A DNA stretch of 64,000 nt from positions 141,378 through 205,377 of the forward strand of contig JAOPTX010000004.1 in NCBI GenBank assembly GCA_051532055.1. The letters run 5' to 3'. The DNA comes from Fibrobacterales bacterium (GTDB lineage: Bacteria; Fibrobacterota; Fibrobacteria; Fibrobacterales; JAOPTW01). Made by a program: the position numbers and the translations under genes. Below the pieces are notes generated by a model. It ran no database searches. It was not told the DNA's origin and worked only from the letters and a program-made list of their open reading frames with translations. Within the stretch, counting starts at the first letter, position 1; every line of letters starts with the position of its first letter. Shown here piece by piece: positions 19,259-29,612 of this stretch.

Positions 19259-19371
19259 CTCGGTATCGTATTTCTCCTTGTAACTTTCTTTAGAAGGAGC
19301 TCTCTCTCCTTCGCAATCTATTGCCATCATCTATAAAACTAGCTACAATTGGATAAGTTTAATATGAGGGA

Positions 19372-20364
19372 TTGCATGTGGTTGCTTTTCGGGCACTGAT
19401 ACTCACAATTATCACCCTATTATTTTCGCTGGTAGTACTCCAGTGTAGTGATACTCAATCAAATAAAAATTCTCGTCTTCATATTACGGTATCGACTTAT
19501 TCAGTATATGAATTAGTAAATGAACTCGTGCAAGGTGTACCTGGCGTTTCGCTGGAATTACTGGCACCTGGGAACAAGGGGTGCTCCCATAATTATGTAC
19601 TCACTCCTCAAAATATGATGACATTGAATAATAGTCGATTGTTAGTCCTTAATGGTTTGGGCATGGAGGCGTTTATCACTGAAAAAATATTGTCTCAATA
19701 TCCAAAACTATTTGTAATTGTAGGGGCCGCTGGAGTTCCTGACTCTTTGGTGCTCTATAGTGATTCTGAAAATACTGAATTGTCTGGTCTTCATGAAAAC
19801 CATGATCATCATGAGCATGAAGAAGGCGTTCACCAAGCAAATCCTCACTATTTGCTTTCGCCACTCGAACGACTCTATGGTGCGCAGTCCGTTGGGGAGG
19901 CATTGATGCATATTGATACGAACTACACAAAGCATTATCAAACGAATCTCGATAGTATTCGCCAAAGGCATAAAGCCCTGAGTACAATTGAAAGAGTGAG
20001 TCGGACAGAGTCTTTTAGGGTGATAACCCAAGATGCCCTTTTTGCCTATCTATTGCCGCAACTCAATATAGCGAGTGTCGGTACCCTTCATGCCCATGAT
20101 GGTGCGCGCCCAACTCTTGCAGAACTTAAGGTGTTGGTTGAACAGCTAAAGGGGCAAGTGGTCGATGCGCTTTTTGTTGAGAATGAAATGTCCCCAGAGG
20201 TATTGGAAACACTCTCACGTGAAGTGTCGGTGCCAGTTGTGTTATGGGAATCTACGCCTAATGCTCTTGCCCAAACCGATGTGCTTGGCTACTACAAACG
20301 GCATGCGCGCAATATGAAACGTTTGAATGAAGTAGTTATATCAACTGAAAAGGGTCGTGAATGA
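19372..20364 (+). CDS. znuA: Zn/Mn ABC transporter substrate-binding lipoprotein (ZnuA-like)
   Basis: LQC lipobox-like site, GCSHNY.LTP, LNGLGME, His-rich loop HENHDHHEHEEGVH, and NPH. Confidence 0.82.
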   Translation: MHVVAFRALILTIITLLFSLVVLQCSDTQSNKNSRLHITVSTYSVYELVNELVQGVPGVSLELLAPGNKGCSHNYVLTPQNMMTLNNSRLLVLNGLGMEAFITEKILSQYPKLFVIVGAAGVPDSLVLYSDSENTELSGLHENHDHHEHEEGVHQANPHYLLSPLERLYGAQSVGEALMHIDTNYTKHYQTNLDSIRQRHKALSTIERVSRTESFRVITQDALFAYLLPQLNIASVGTLHAHDGARPTLAELKVLVEQLKGQVVDALFVENEMSPEVLETLSREVSVPVVLWESTPNALAQTDVLGYYKRHARNMKRLNEVVISTEKGRE

Positions 20365-21143
20365 GTACTGCGGTAAGTCTTAAAAATGTGTCCATTAACT
20401 TGCATGGGGTTTCGATACTTAAGAACGTCTCGGCGACAATTCCTGTAGGTGGTTCGACTGCTATAATTGGGCCAAATGGCGCGGGAAAGACGACGCTCTT
20501 AAAGGCTATATTAGGTGAGGTGCCTTATGAAGGGGTGATACAATACTCTCATGATGAGCCTGGTCAGAGGCCAAGGATTGGGTATGTGCCTCAACGACTC
20601 CATTTTGATAGAGGTATACCGTTGCAGGTAATAGAGTGCTTGGCTATGGGGCAACAGCGAAGGCCATTATGGTTAGGTATTAAAAAAAATGTGCGCAGTA
20701 ATGCATTGGGGCTTCTTCGGTCAGTGAAGGCTGAGCACCTTGCAGAGAGGCGTCTTGGAGAATTATCAGGAGGGGAACTCCAGCGGGTACTTCTCGCTTT
20801 AGCCCTTCAGCAAGAGCCTCAATTACTGATTCTTGATGAGCCGGCGGCTGGGGTAGACCCTCATGGCGAGCTGCTCTTTTGTGAAATCCTTGAAGCACAG
20901 CGAAAAGAACGGGGATATACACAGCTCATGGTTAGTCATGATTTGGGGACGGTGAGTAATCATGCGACCCATGTTATCTGTTTGAACAAAGAGGTGGCGG
21001 CTGAGGGTGCGCCACATGACGTTCTCACTCAAGAGGTGCTGACCACAATTTTTGGTGCGCATATGGGGTTAGTGAGTCCTGCAATAGCTTCGGATGGGAT
21101 GGTGCATAGTCATAATTGCCAGCATCATAAGGAGGATGTATGA
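20361..21143 (+). CDS. znuC: Zn/Mn ABC transporter ATPase (ZnuC-like)
   Basis: GPNGAGKTT, IGYVPQ, LSGGELQRVLLA, LDEP, VSHDL, VICLN and a His/Cys-rich tail. Confidence 0.85.
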   Translation: MSTAVSLKNVSINLHGVSILKNVSATIPVGGSTAIIGPNGAGKTTLLKAILGEVPYEGVIQYSHDEPGQRPRIGYVPQRLHFDRGIPLQVIECLAMGQQRRPLWLGIKKNVRSNALGLLRSVKAEHLAERRLGELSGGELQRVLLALALQQEPQLLILDEPAAGVDPHGELLFCEILEAQRKERGYTQLMVSHDLGTVSNHATHVICLNKEVAAEGAPHDVLTQEVLTTIFGAHMGLVSPAIASDGMVHSHNCQHHKEDV

Positions 21144-21985
21144 TTGAGTGGATATGTTCAGGTTTAGCGTGTCTTCCTATTGCGGGCATGGAAATGCAGT
21201 TTATGCAGCTTGCACTTTTAGGTGTGTTGATCTTGGCGCCCTTGACGGCGATGATGGGAGTGCAAGTAGTTAATTTTAGAATGGCTTTTTATGCTGATGC
21301 GATAAGTCATACGGCTTTTACGGGAGTCGCTTTAGGATTGCTTTTTGGTTTTAATCCCTATTGGACTATGCCTCTCTTTGGGGTAGTTGTGGGGGTGGGG
21401 ATTGTTGCGCTTCAACGAAAAAGCATGTTGGAATCCGATACCATTATTGGGGTTCTTTTCTCTGGCGTACTAGCTTTTGGTCTGGCGATTGTAAGCAGGG
21501 ATCGTTCGATTGGTACTGATATAACGCGATTTCTCTATGGTGATATTCTTACGATTAGTCACTCAGATTTGACGTGGCTTTCAATTTTGGCAATAATAGT
21601 GGTTCTTTATCAGGTGCTTGGCTTTAATCGTCTTATCTATGTAGGGCTCAATCCGGTTCTTGCTGAAACACATCGGGTAACCGTTTCCTTTTATCAATAC
21701 AGTTATGCGGTGCTCCTTGCGTTAGTTGTTATCTTTGCTGTTTGGTGGGTAGGGGTGTTGTTAGTTACAGGAATGTTGATATTGCCTGCGGCAGCTGCAC
21801 GTAACTTGTCTCGATCGGCGGGGGTGATGTATTGGTGGGCGTTAATTATTAGCCTTACTTCTGCGGTAGTGGGGCTCTATATCTCTGCTCAGTCCTGGGC
21901 TCAAACAGCAACAGGAGCAACTATTGTGTTGGCTGGTTTTTGTTGGTTTGTGGTGAGTGTTGGTGTCCGTGCTATAAAAAAATAG
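21140..21985 (+). CDS. znuB: Zn/Mn ABC transporter permease (ZnuB-like)
   Basis: RMAFYADAISH..F.GVALG, LYGDIL and GVLLV...LILPAAAAR motifs of the ABC-3 family. Confidence 0.85.
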   Translation: MIEWICSGLACLPIAGMEMQFMQLALLGVLILAPLTAMMGVQVVNFRMAFYADAISHTAFTGVALGLLFGFNPYWTMPLFGVVVGVGIVALQRKSMLESDTIIGVLFSGVLAFGLAIVSRDRSIGTDITRFLYGDILTISHSDLTWLSILAIIVVLYQVLGFNRLIYVGLNPVLAETHRVTVSFYQYSYAVLLALVVIFAVWWVGVLLVTGMLILPAAAARNLSRSAGVMYWWALIISLTSAVVGLYISAQSWAQTATGATIVLAGFCWFVVSVGVRAIKK

Positions 21986-22092
21986 GATTTCTTCCTGTTG
22001 TATATATACTTGTGTAATTTGATTTGGCTGCGTCAATAATTTATACCGCAGTCTATAAATTTGACTAAAAAAAGTAAAATTTTATTTTTAGT

Positions 22093-22103
22093 TGTGGTAT
22101 AAT
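22093..22103 (+). promoter_or_regulatory. Extended -10 sigma70-type promoter element upstream of the first chemoreceptor
   Basis: TGTGGTATAAT (TGnTATAAT) about 50 nt before ATG 22153. Confidence 0.5.
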
Positions 22104-22152
22104 AAAAAGTAAGCGTGATACAATTGGGCAAATCCATTAATACGGTGGCACT

Positions 22153-24027
22153 ATGCACTTTTCTAATCTATCTCTCAAAAAGAAATTGATGATCTCTTCA
22201 GTACTTTTTGCAATCCTACCACTACTCGCCCTTGGAATAATCAGTTATGTAAGCTCTAAAGATGCTCTGTTTAAGCAGGTCGAAGATAAATTATTGAGCC
22301 AGGTAGAGTATTATTCTGAGATGCTTGATAAAGATATTTTGGCTGTGACAGGTCAGGTGAGTGAATCAAGAAATCAAGCACAGCTTATTGTGCACCAACA
22401 GGCTGTGCTTGTTAGTCAAATAGTAGGGCAAACGTTGGACTCTCCTGACGAAATTAAAGATCGGTTAGCTTCAATAGTAGTAGGGACAACTGGATATGTG
22501 TTTGCAATCGATTATTCAGGTAGATATGTGGTGAGTAAAGGACGCGTTGCTGATGGTAAGGACATTAGCTCTGTAAAAGATGCTGATGGAGCGTATGTTA
22601 TTCAAGAGATGGTCGCTCTTGGTAAGGGGTTAAAACAAAATGAAGTAGTACTTAAGCCTTATAATTGGAAAAATAGTGATGATATACTGGCTCGTGAAAA
22701 GGTTGCCGCTCTCATTCACGTTCCTGAGCACGGTTGGATAATAGGGGTAAGTGCCTATTACGATGATCTTGTTGATATGCAGGGGATTCAAAGTGTGAAA
22801 AAGTCTTTTCGTGAGAAGGTGCTCTCTCAAAAGGTGGGGGAAACAGGGTATATGTATGTGATGGACTCAAAAGGGAGTTTGGCAATACATCCTTCAAAAG
22901 AGGGTGAAAATTTAAGCAAGTATCCATTTATTCAAGAAATGTGTGATAAAAAAAGTGGGATTACGTCATATGAATGGGGTGGAAGAGAGAAAATTGTTGC
23001 CTACACCTATTATGAGCCACTTGATTGGGTTATAGCCTCTGGTAGTTATTTAAGTGACTTTAGTGGGTCACTAAAAAGCCTTACCAATGCCTTGGTACTT
23101 TCAATGATTATCGCGGGAGCTATAGCAATCGGTTTGGCCTTACTTATGAGTCGTTCAATTGTATCCCAACTTTTGAGCAGTTCAGTGAGGCTTGGTGAAA
23201 TATCGGGGTGTGTTACATCTATGAGTGAAGAGATATCAAGTTCGAGTCAAAATATTGCAAAAGGAGTTGTTGAGCAGTCAGCGAATGTTGAAGAGTTTAC
23301 TCAGAGTATTAATCATCTTTCTGATAATGTGTTGGAGTCCTCAAAAGAAGTACAGGAAGTAACAGGAATAATAGAGCACAATAATATCCGAACACGAGAG
23401 GGGAAAGAGGCTGTTGAGAGTTTAAGTCAGGCTGTAAAAGATATGTATGACTCTTCTGTTAAAACGGGGGGGATTGTAAGTACAATAAATGAAATAGCAT
23501 TTCAGACAAATTTACTTGCACTGAACGCGGCAGTGGAAGCGGCACGAGCAGGGGAGGCAGGCAAAGGATTTGCTGTAGTTGCTGAAGAGGTTCGTAGTCT
23601 TGCACAAAAAGCTGCGGAGTCAGTGAAACAAACAACGGAGCTTCTCAATCAATCAAAAGGTTATGCGGAGCGAGGGGCAACACTTTCAGCTCAAGCTTCA
23701 GAAATAATTGAAGAGATAGAGCTGAGTTCACGTTCTGTTACGGAGCGCTTCGGGACGGTTTCAAGAAATTCGGAATCTCAAGTGGGTACAATAGAGGAGA
23801 TACGGAAAAATATTGGCGAAATAGAAGATGTTGCTCAAAGTAATGCATCGACATCTGAGGAGTCGGCTGCTGCCTCAGAAGAACTCTACGCTCAAGTTGG
23901 GTTACTTGATCAAGCGGTTCACGATATAGAAATTGTCATACATGGTGAAAAAAAGAGGCCTCAGAGGGGTGAATATGTGGCTGCGTTACTACCGCAGTTT
24001 ACCGAACCAGCATGGTCAGACGGGTAG
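22153..24027 (+). CDS. Methyl-accepting chemotaxis protein with periplasmic Cache domains
   Basis: Two TM helices, two Cache motifs (VG.TGY.F/Y) and signalling hairpin [34 protein letters not shown]. Confidence 0.93.
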   Translation: MHFSNLSLKKKLMISSVLFAILPLLALGIISYVSSKDALFKQVEDKLLSQVEYYSEMLDKDILAVTGQVSESRNQAQLIVHQQAVLVSQIVGQTLDSPDEIKDRLASIVVGTTGYVFAIDYSGRYVVSKGRVADGKDISSVKDADGAYVIQEMVALGKGLKQNEVVLKPYNWKNSDDILAREKVAALIHVPEHGWIIGVSAYYDDLVDMQGIQSVKKSFREKVLSQKVGETGYMYVMDSKGSLAIHPSKEGENLSKYPFIQEMCDKKSGITSYEWGGREKIVAYTYYEPLDWVIASGSYLSDFSGSLKSLTNALVLSMIIAGAIAIGLALLMSRSIVSQLLSSSVRLGEISGCVTSMSEEISSSSQNIAKGVVEQSANVEEFTQSINHLSDNVLESSKEVQEVTGIIEHNNIRTREGKEAVESLSQAVKDMYDSSVKTGGIVSTINEIAFQTNLLALNAAVEAARAGEAGKGFAVVAEEVRSLAQKAAESVKQTTELLNQSKGYAERGATLSAQASEIIEEIELSSRSVTERFGTVSRNSESQVGTIEEIRKNIGEIEDVAQSNASTSEESAAASEELYAQVGLLDQAVHDIEIVIHGEKKRPQRGEYVAALLPQFTEPAWSDG

Positions 24028-24175
24028 TACAGTGATGGAGGATTAAAAAATAGACTCAAACGAGCTTGTGTTGGTTATTAAGCTGTAATTATTAGTTATT
24101 AGTGATCCAAATGTATGGTTTGTATTGATGTTTGATGATATAATAAAGAGTGAAATAGAAAGGAAAGGGTGGTTC

Positions 24176-26194
24176 ATGCTTAATGATATTTCTCTAAAAT
24201 TTAAGATTTTAATAATTGTAGCAAGTTTTGTATTAGCAACTATTTTCTCAATGGCGATAGGGCGATACTATGCGCAAAAGGTAAATTACTTTACTCATAA
24301 AATTGGGCAAGAGAGTCTTAAGCTTACACCTTTGATTGTGAGTTTAAAACTTGATATTATTCAGGTGCAACAGTGGCTTACGGACATTTCTGCAACTCGA
24401 GGAAAGCCTGGGTTTGATGATGGTTTTGATGAAGCTGAAACGTATGCAAAAGATTTTAAGCTAAAGATAAAAGATGTACAGCGGCTTTTGTCGACGATGC
24501 ATAGACCTTCGGCTCTTATGGCGGTGGACTCGTTGAGTGCAGCTTTTGGTGGCTTTTATGACGTGGGGAAAAAAATGGCGAAAACTTACATTAGTGAAGG
24601 CACTGATGCAGGTAATGTGCACATGGAAAAGTTTGACCCCTATGCTGCAAACTTAGTACAACGATTAGAAGTGGTGGAGGCAATGCAAGAAGCTTTGCTT
24701 AAAGAGCAGTTTGGAAAGGTAATCGAGGTAGAAAAATCTGCAATAATAGTGCCCTTGGTGGTTGTGTCTCTTGTTCTTTTAGTGGCTTTTATAATTACAT
24801 TCTTAATGTTTAGGGCCATATCAAGACCGGTTGAACGTGTATCGGATTTCAATAAACAAGTGAGTGAAGGGGACTTTTCTCAAACATTGATGTTTAATGG
24901 GACAGATGAGCTACAGACAATGGGGAGGCAACTTAATGATATGATTCTTAATTTTAGAACAGTCCTTCGCAATACATTTGCAACATCTTCCTCGGTTATA
25001 GCTGGTTCAGCTGAAATGAAGAATATAACCAGATTGTTAAAGACAGAGACGCTCAATGTTGCTGAGCAAATGGATCGCTTACTGAATCGTAATATGGTGA
25101 TTACTGATAAAGTAACGAGTGTGTCGGCTGGTGTAGAAGAACTGTCTACGTCAATTGGTACCATCGCAAGTGCTGTAGAAGAATTCAATAGTTCAATAAC
25201 TGAGGTGAGAGAGGTTACGCGTAAGGAATCAGACCTTTCTAAGAGCGCAACTGAGAAGGTTGACATTTCTCATTCTAAAATGGTGGGCCTGAGTGCGACT
25301 TCACAGGAAATTGGGAAAATTATAGCAGTAATTAATAGTATTGCAGATCAGACAAATTTACTCGCGCTTAACGCCACGATTGAGGCGGCCTCTGCTGGAG
25401 ATGCGGGCAAAGGGTTTGCAGTGGTGGCAAGTGAAGTAAAAGAACTTGCTAAACAAACTGCTCAGGCTACTGAGCAAATACAGATTCAGATATCCTCAAT
25501 GCAAAATGAAATTACTGGAACTCTTTCATCATTTACTGAAGTCAAGGAAATTATAGAAGGAGTGAGTGAGAGTTCACAAATGGTGTATGTGACAATCGAG
25601 CAACAACAACTTGTCCTTAGTGAAATATCTGAAAATGTAGGTCAAACTACTATCGCTTCAAATGAAATTGCTGAGAATTTATTGCACTCATCGCAAGAGG
25701 TTCAGAATGCAAATAGCGAAATAGCAGATACAAAAAAAGCGATGGATTCGGTCGATAATATGACGAAGGTTTTGGCGACCTATAGTGAGTATATTGCGTC
25801 ACTCAGTGGTGGGATTTATGAGCGTCTCAATGTGTATACGTTAAGTGAAAAAGAAATGGATATTAATGGTATTAAGTCTTCTCATATGCAATGGGCGGGT
25901 AAATTATTGGATATGATTGCCGGTAAAGTGAGCTTGAAAGTAGATGAAATTACTGGTCCTCATGAGTGTCAATTTGGAAAAGTAATTGATGCCATGGAAG
26001 GTGAGGTACGTGAAAGTGCAGAGTTTAAACAGCTATATCAGCAACATGTTACAATTCATGAATCCATCCTTGCTGTGGTAGAGGCGTACCATACTCAAGA
26101 TGTACTCGTTGCATTTCGTGCATTAGAAGAGTTTGAAAACAAGAGGGTTGCACTGTTTGAATCTCTCGATCAATTCTATCTTAATAAAAGTTAA
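24176..26194 (+). CDS. Methyl-accepting chemotaxis protein with four-helix sensor, HAMP domain and C-terminal CZB zinc-binding domain
   Basis: Two TM helices, HAMP (GDFS...DEL..MG..LN), [17 protein letters not shown], and C-terminal H..W / HECQFGK / H..IH. ATG 24176 follows a purine-rich ribosome-binding site. Confidence 0.9.
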   Translation: MLNDISLKFKILIIVASFVLATIFSMAIGRYYAQKVNYFTHKIGQESLKLTPLIVSLKLDIIQVQQWLTDISATRGKPGFDDGFDEAETYAKDFKLKIKDVQRLLSTMHRPSALMAVDSLSAAFGGFYDVGKKMAKTYISEGTDAGNVHMEKFDPYAANLVQRLEVVEAMQEALLKEQFGKVIEVEKSAIIVPLVVVSLVLLVAFIITFLMFRAISRPVERVSDFNKQVSEGDFSQTLMFNGTDELQTMGRQLNDMILNFRTVLRNTFATSSSVIAGSAEMKNITRLLKTETLNVAEQMDRLLNRNMVITDKVTSVSAGVEELSTSIGTIASAVEEFNSSITEVREVTRKESDLSKSATEKVDISHSKMVGLSATSQEIGKIIAVINSIADQTNLLALNATIEAASAGDAGKGFAVVASEVKELAKQTAQATEQIQIQISSMQNEITGTLSSFTEVKEIIEGVSESSQMVYVTIEQQQLVLSEISENVGQTTIASNEIAENLLHSSQEVQNANSEIADTKKAMDSVDNMTKVLATYSEYIASLSGGIYERLNVYTLSEKEMDINGIKSSHMQWAGKLLDMIAGKVSLKVDEITGPHECQFGKVIDAMEGEVRESAEFKQLYQQHVTIHESILAVVEAYHTQDVLVAFRALEEFENKRVALFESLDQFYLNKS

Positions 26195-26211
26195 TTTTAA
26201 TTGAGTACGTT

Positions 26212-26661
26212 TTGGATTTTTCTATTGATCAACTATTAATTGGTGGGTTATTTGGTCTCGCAGCACTCAGCGCAGTGGCTTATAATGTAATGCCCTTTAG
26301 GAAAATGCCTGCCCAACGACCTTCAATTGCATGGCTTCCAAAGTATCGTTCGGTTATTCCGTTCCCTGAGTATCTTTTAGATGCTGATGATAAAAAGGCT
26401 GCACTCGAGCAGATGCTCCTTATATATGGTTTTGAAGAGCATGGTGGTAAAGAAGGCAATTGGTGTTTTATACGGTATGCACCAAATGATAAGCTCTACT
26501 ATTCAATTCCTAAGGCTCGGGTACGAATACTTTTTAACGCAGACAATAGTATGGAGCTGCGGCTTGCTGCTCCAGTTATGCTCACTTATGATAGAGGTGA
26601 GTATTATGCGTTCTTTAATGAGTTATCAAATCAGTTAAGGGATTTCAAAGGATTCAATTAA
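26212..26661 (+). CDS. Hypothetical protein with N-terminal TM helix
   Basis: 149 aa ORF that fills the gap on the local coding strand. No recognised motif. Confidence 0.6.
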   Translation: MDFSIDQLLIGGLFGLAALSAVAYNVMPFRKMPAQRPSIAWLPKYRSVIPFPEYLLDADDKKAALEQMLLIYGFEEHGGKEGNWCFIRYAPNDKLYYSIPKARVRILFNADNSMELRLAAPVMLTYDRGEYYAFFNELSNQLRDFKGFN

Positions 26662-26945
26662 ATAATTATTCTCTAATTGTTGTCCTATAGGCATTAAGGA
26701 AAGTGGTACACTAACAAATATTTTAAAATTATCATGATTCATTTATCTCGGGTGTCCTCAAATATTTAAAGACTCCAACAGTTGATCAGGTTTATCTATT
26801 TGAGAGATTAGAGGGGTGTTTTATCTATTTTACCCTTCGTCACATTACAATGTAGCATTAATGAGGAGTGACTCATATTGTCCTTGTCACCTCTTCGGAA
26901 TCATTGATACAATAAGTCTGAAATCAATTTTACCTGTGGTTACCG

Positions 26946-27683
26946 ATGAGAGCTCAGAATTTATCAATCCTAGAATATTCAGAAGAGATCGCGTTTCTCA
27001 TGGCTGAAAAAATAGTGCTTTATTCGAGAGACCCACGTGATGCATTTCATATTGCCCTCACTTCAAATCCTATTGTTCTTCGTATTTTAGAGATTATTTC
27101 AAGTGATGATTTTAAGCATTCAATCGTTTGGGAACGACTTCATTTCTGGTGGGTTGATGAAACATGTTTTGCTGCAGATGGACGAGATAACTTCTTCTAC
27201 TTTAATGATCGATTATTCTCCCGTGTGGCCCTTCCCAAAAAAAATATTCATAGAATTTACGGAGATGCAGATCCTAAGATGGAAATTCTTCGGTATAAAC
27301 ATGAACTCGTTGAATTCGTTCCTATAAGGGATAACTATCCTTGCTTTGATCTATTGCTTCTTGACTTAGGGGAGGATGGTCATGTGGCTTCACTCTATCC
27401 AGAAATTATTCCAGTACCTAATGCATCAACTCAGTTTACCTGCGTTGTGCAAGATCCTCATTCTGGACAACTCAAGGTGTCCCTGCTTCTTGATGTGTTG
27501 AATAATGCACAACGAGTTTTCTTTTTGATTAGTGGAGAAGAGCGAGCTGACACCCTGTATCATATTTTTAAGATGGACGCGATATCAATGAGCTATCCCG
27601 CGTCGTATATTGATCCAGCAGAAGGAATTATGATGTGGTTGGTTGATCGAGCTGCAGCATCCAAGATTCAACGTTCTGACTAA
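26946..27683 (+). CDS. pgl: 6-phosphogluconolactonase-like protein (DevB/NagB fold), divergent
   Basis: FHIAL, W.RLHFWWVDE, NIHRI.G, FDLLLL.LGEDGHVASL.P, LNNA.RVFFLISG and W.VDRAAA. Confidence 0.75.
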   Translation: MRAQNLSILEYSEEIAFLMAEKIVLYSRDPRDAFHIALTSNPIVLRILEIISSDDFKHSIVWERLHFWWVDETCFAADGRDNFFYFNDRLFSRVALPKKNIHRIYGDADPKMEILRYKHELVEFVPIRDNYPCFDLLLLDLGEDGHVASLYPEIIPVPNASTQFTCVVQDPHSGQLKVSLLLDVLNNAQRVFFLISGEERADTLYHIFKMDAISMSYPASYIDPAEGIMMWLVDRAAASKIQRSD

Positions 27684-27704
27684 CATTTAGCTGATGGTAT
27701 ATAC

Positions 27705-27741
27705 AGAAGAGGCCCATTGATAAATCAAATGGGCCTCTTCT
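27705..27741. terminator. Hairpin between convergent genes (probably a bidirectional terminator)
   Basis: AGAAGAGGCCCATT...AATGGGCCTCTTCT, a perfect 14-bp stem. Confidence 0.8.
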
Positions 27742-27763
27742 ATTAAGAATATATACTTTATTT

Positions 27764-29500
27764 TTAGCTCTTTAGTGCACTGATTTCTTCTACTACAAGT
27801 TGCATAAGAGGTTCAATGGTCTCTTTAGAAAAATCAAACTTAATATTCATTGCCTCAAAAAGTTCAGGAAGGGGCTTGGTACTTCCAAGGGATAGACCAT
27901 TTTTGTAGGCTGTGAGAGCTTGAGTTGGATTTTCTTTGAAGTTTTTATAGACTTGGAGTGCGCCAATTTGTGCAATACCATATTCAATGTAATAGAATGG
28001 AACTTCAAATATATGGAGTTGTTTATGCCAAAAGTAGGCCTCTTCATTGGTAAGGTCACTCCAATCAACTTCAGGTTTGAAGTCTCGGAGAATTGATACC
28101 CACTTTTGATTACGCTCTTCATTTGTGTGGTTAGGAGTTGTGTAGATCCAGTGTTGGAAACTATCAACGATAGCAACCCAGGCAAGTACTTCAACAACAC
28201 CTTCAAAGTGGTTGATACGCGCTCGTTTGAGTTCATCACTATTGTAGAATTCGCTAAGGTATTCACCACCAATAAGTTCCATGCTCATGGAGGCTACTTC
28301 AGCTATTTCAGAACCGATTTCTCTAAATGAAAGAAGATCAAGCTGTTTCATAAAAAATTGGTGGAAGCTGTGCCCTCCCTCGTGAAGGAGAGTATTTACA
28401 TCTGAGCTCGTACCTACGGCATTCATAAAAATAAAGGGGAGTCTCTGTTCATCAAGGCCGCACTGGTAGCCACCAGGTGCTTTGCCGAGTCTACTGTCGA
28501 GGTCAAGGAGTTTACGGTCACGCATTAACCCAAAAATGGCACCCAGTTCACTATCGATTGTGTTAAAAATAGTGTAGGTTTTGTTGATGAGTTCTTGCGG
28601 GGTTGTAAAAGGTTTAAGAGCAGGGCGTCCAAGGGGGTCGCAGGACGTGTCCCATGGGCGTAGGGTGTCGAGCTTAAGAAGCTTTTTCCGCTCCTCGGCA
28701 CTGTTAGATTTAATAGGTACAACGACTTCTTTAATGGATTGATGAAATTGTTCACAGTCGTGTGGGGTGTAGTCGTACCGTTCTTTTGCTTTAAAAATAT
28801 ATTCTAAATAATCACTACAGCCACAATTGTGTGCAACCTTAAGCCGGCGCTCAAGCATGTAGTTAAAATGAGTATTAAGTACTTCTTTATCTTGGAGTCT
28901 TCTTGCTGCAACGAGTCGCCATGCTTTTTCTCGAATTGATCGATTTGGTTCATTTAAAAGGGCAAGTACCTGTTGCAGTGTTTTTTCTTCTCCATCATAA
29001 ATGACAGACATACCACCGGTCACTTTTTGATATTTCTGTACTTCAAGTCCAATTTCTGTTTCAATAGCAATGTTTTCTTCTTTGAATAGCTCATTTTGAG
29101 TAGTTACTGATCGTACCCAGTTTTGGTATTCAGTGAGATCAGAGTGATTGATTACTGGAGAGTTGAGCATTTTTTTGTCGAGTTTGTTTGAATAGAGAAC
29201 AAACTCAGGATCGAGCTCTTCAATTAATGTTGTATAAAGAGCAGCATTATCAGGGTCTTCCGTGTAGCAGGTCATATTGATATACCGACGAGTGCCCTCT
29301 TCGAGGTAGCACGATTCCAACTCTGAACGGTTTTGTGCCCATGTTTTGAAGGTTGCTACTGTGTCAACGGACTGGGCTAGAAGCTTTTCATAATAGGGGA
29401 GGATGTCACTCCATTCTGAAAGTGAAAATGATGCATCAACGAAAGTTCGAGGAAATTCTTTTGCGGGGCGCGCAATGTGCGCCAGATTGTCTTTTGCCAT
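27764..29500 (-). CDS. M3 family oligoendopeptidase (PepF-like)
   Basis: LRPWD, GKAPGGY, PFIFMN, TLLHEGGHSFH, EIAEVASMSME and HIFEVPFYYIEYGIA. Confidence 0.93.
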   Translation of the reverse strand: MAKDNLAHIARPAKEFPRTFVDASFSLSEWSDILPYYEKLLAQSVDTVATFKTWAQNRSELESCYLEEGTRRYINMTCYTEDPDNAALYTTLIEELDPEFVLYSNKLDKKMLNSPVINHSDLTEYQNWVRSVTTQNELFKEENIAIETEIGLEVQKYQKVTGGMSVIYDGEEKTLQQVLALLNEPNRSIREKAWRLVAARRLQDKEVLNTHFNYMLERRLKVAHNCGCSDYLEYIFKAKERYDYTPHDCEQFHQSIKEVVVPIKSNSAEERKKLLKLDTLRPWDTSCDPLGRPALKPFTTPQELINKTYTIFNTIDSELGAIFGLMRDRKLLDLDSRLGKAPGGYQCGLDEQRLPFIFMNAVGTSSDVNTLLHEGGHSFHQFFMKQLDLLSFREIGSEIAEVASMSMELIGGEYLSEFYNSDELKRARINHFEGVVEVLAWVAIVDSFQHWIYTTPNHTNEERNQKWVSILRDFKPEVDWSDLTNEEAYFWHKQLHIFEVPFYYIEYGIAQIGALQVYKNFKENPTQALTAYKNGLSLGSTKPLPELFEAMNIKFDFSKETIEPLMQLVVEEISALKS

Positions 29501-29612
29501 AATTATAGTTGCCTTAAGGTGCCTTCTCTCAATGTAACAAAATAAGCTTATTCATAAGAATTAGTCACTAATTGTAACAAGAATGTACTCTTTTATGTTC
29601 ACGTTGTGTGAA

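Noticed and set aside
22126..22152. GGGCAAATCCATT...GTGG upstream of a chemoreceptor, reminiscent of a c-di-GMP-I riboswitch
   Set aside because: It lacks the GNRA loop, the second GCAAA element and the P3 stem, and it is too close to the start codon.
5912..26928. Identical 14-mer AGTCTGAAATCAAT at about 5912 and 26915
   Set aside because: Several 14-mer matches are expected by chance in 64 kb of AT-rich DNA, and the second copy has no hairpin partner.
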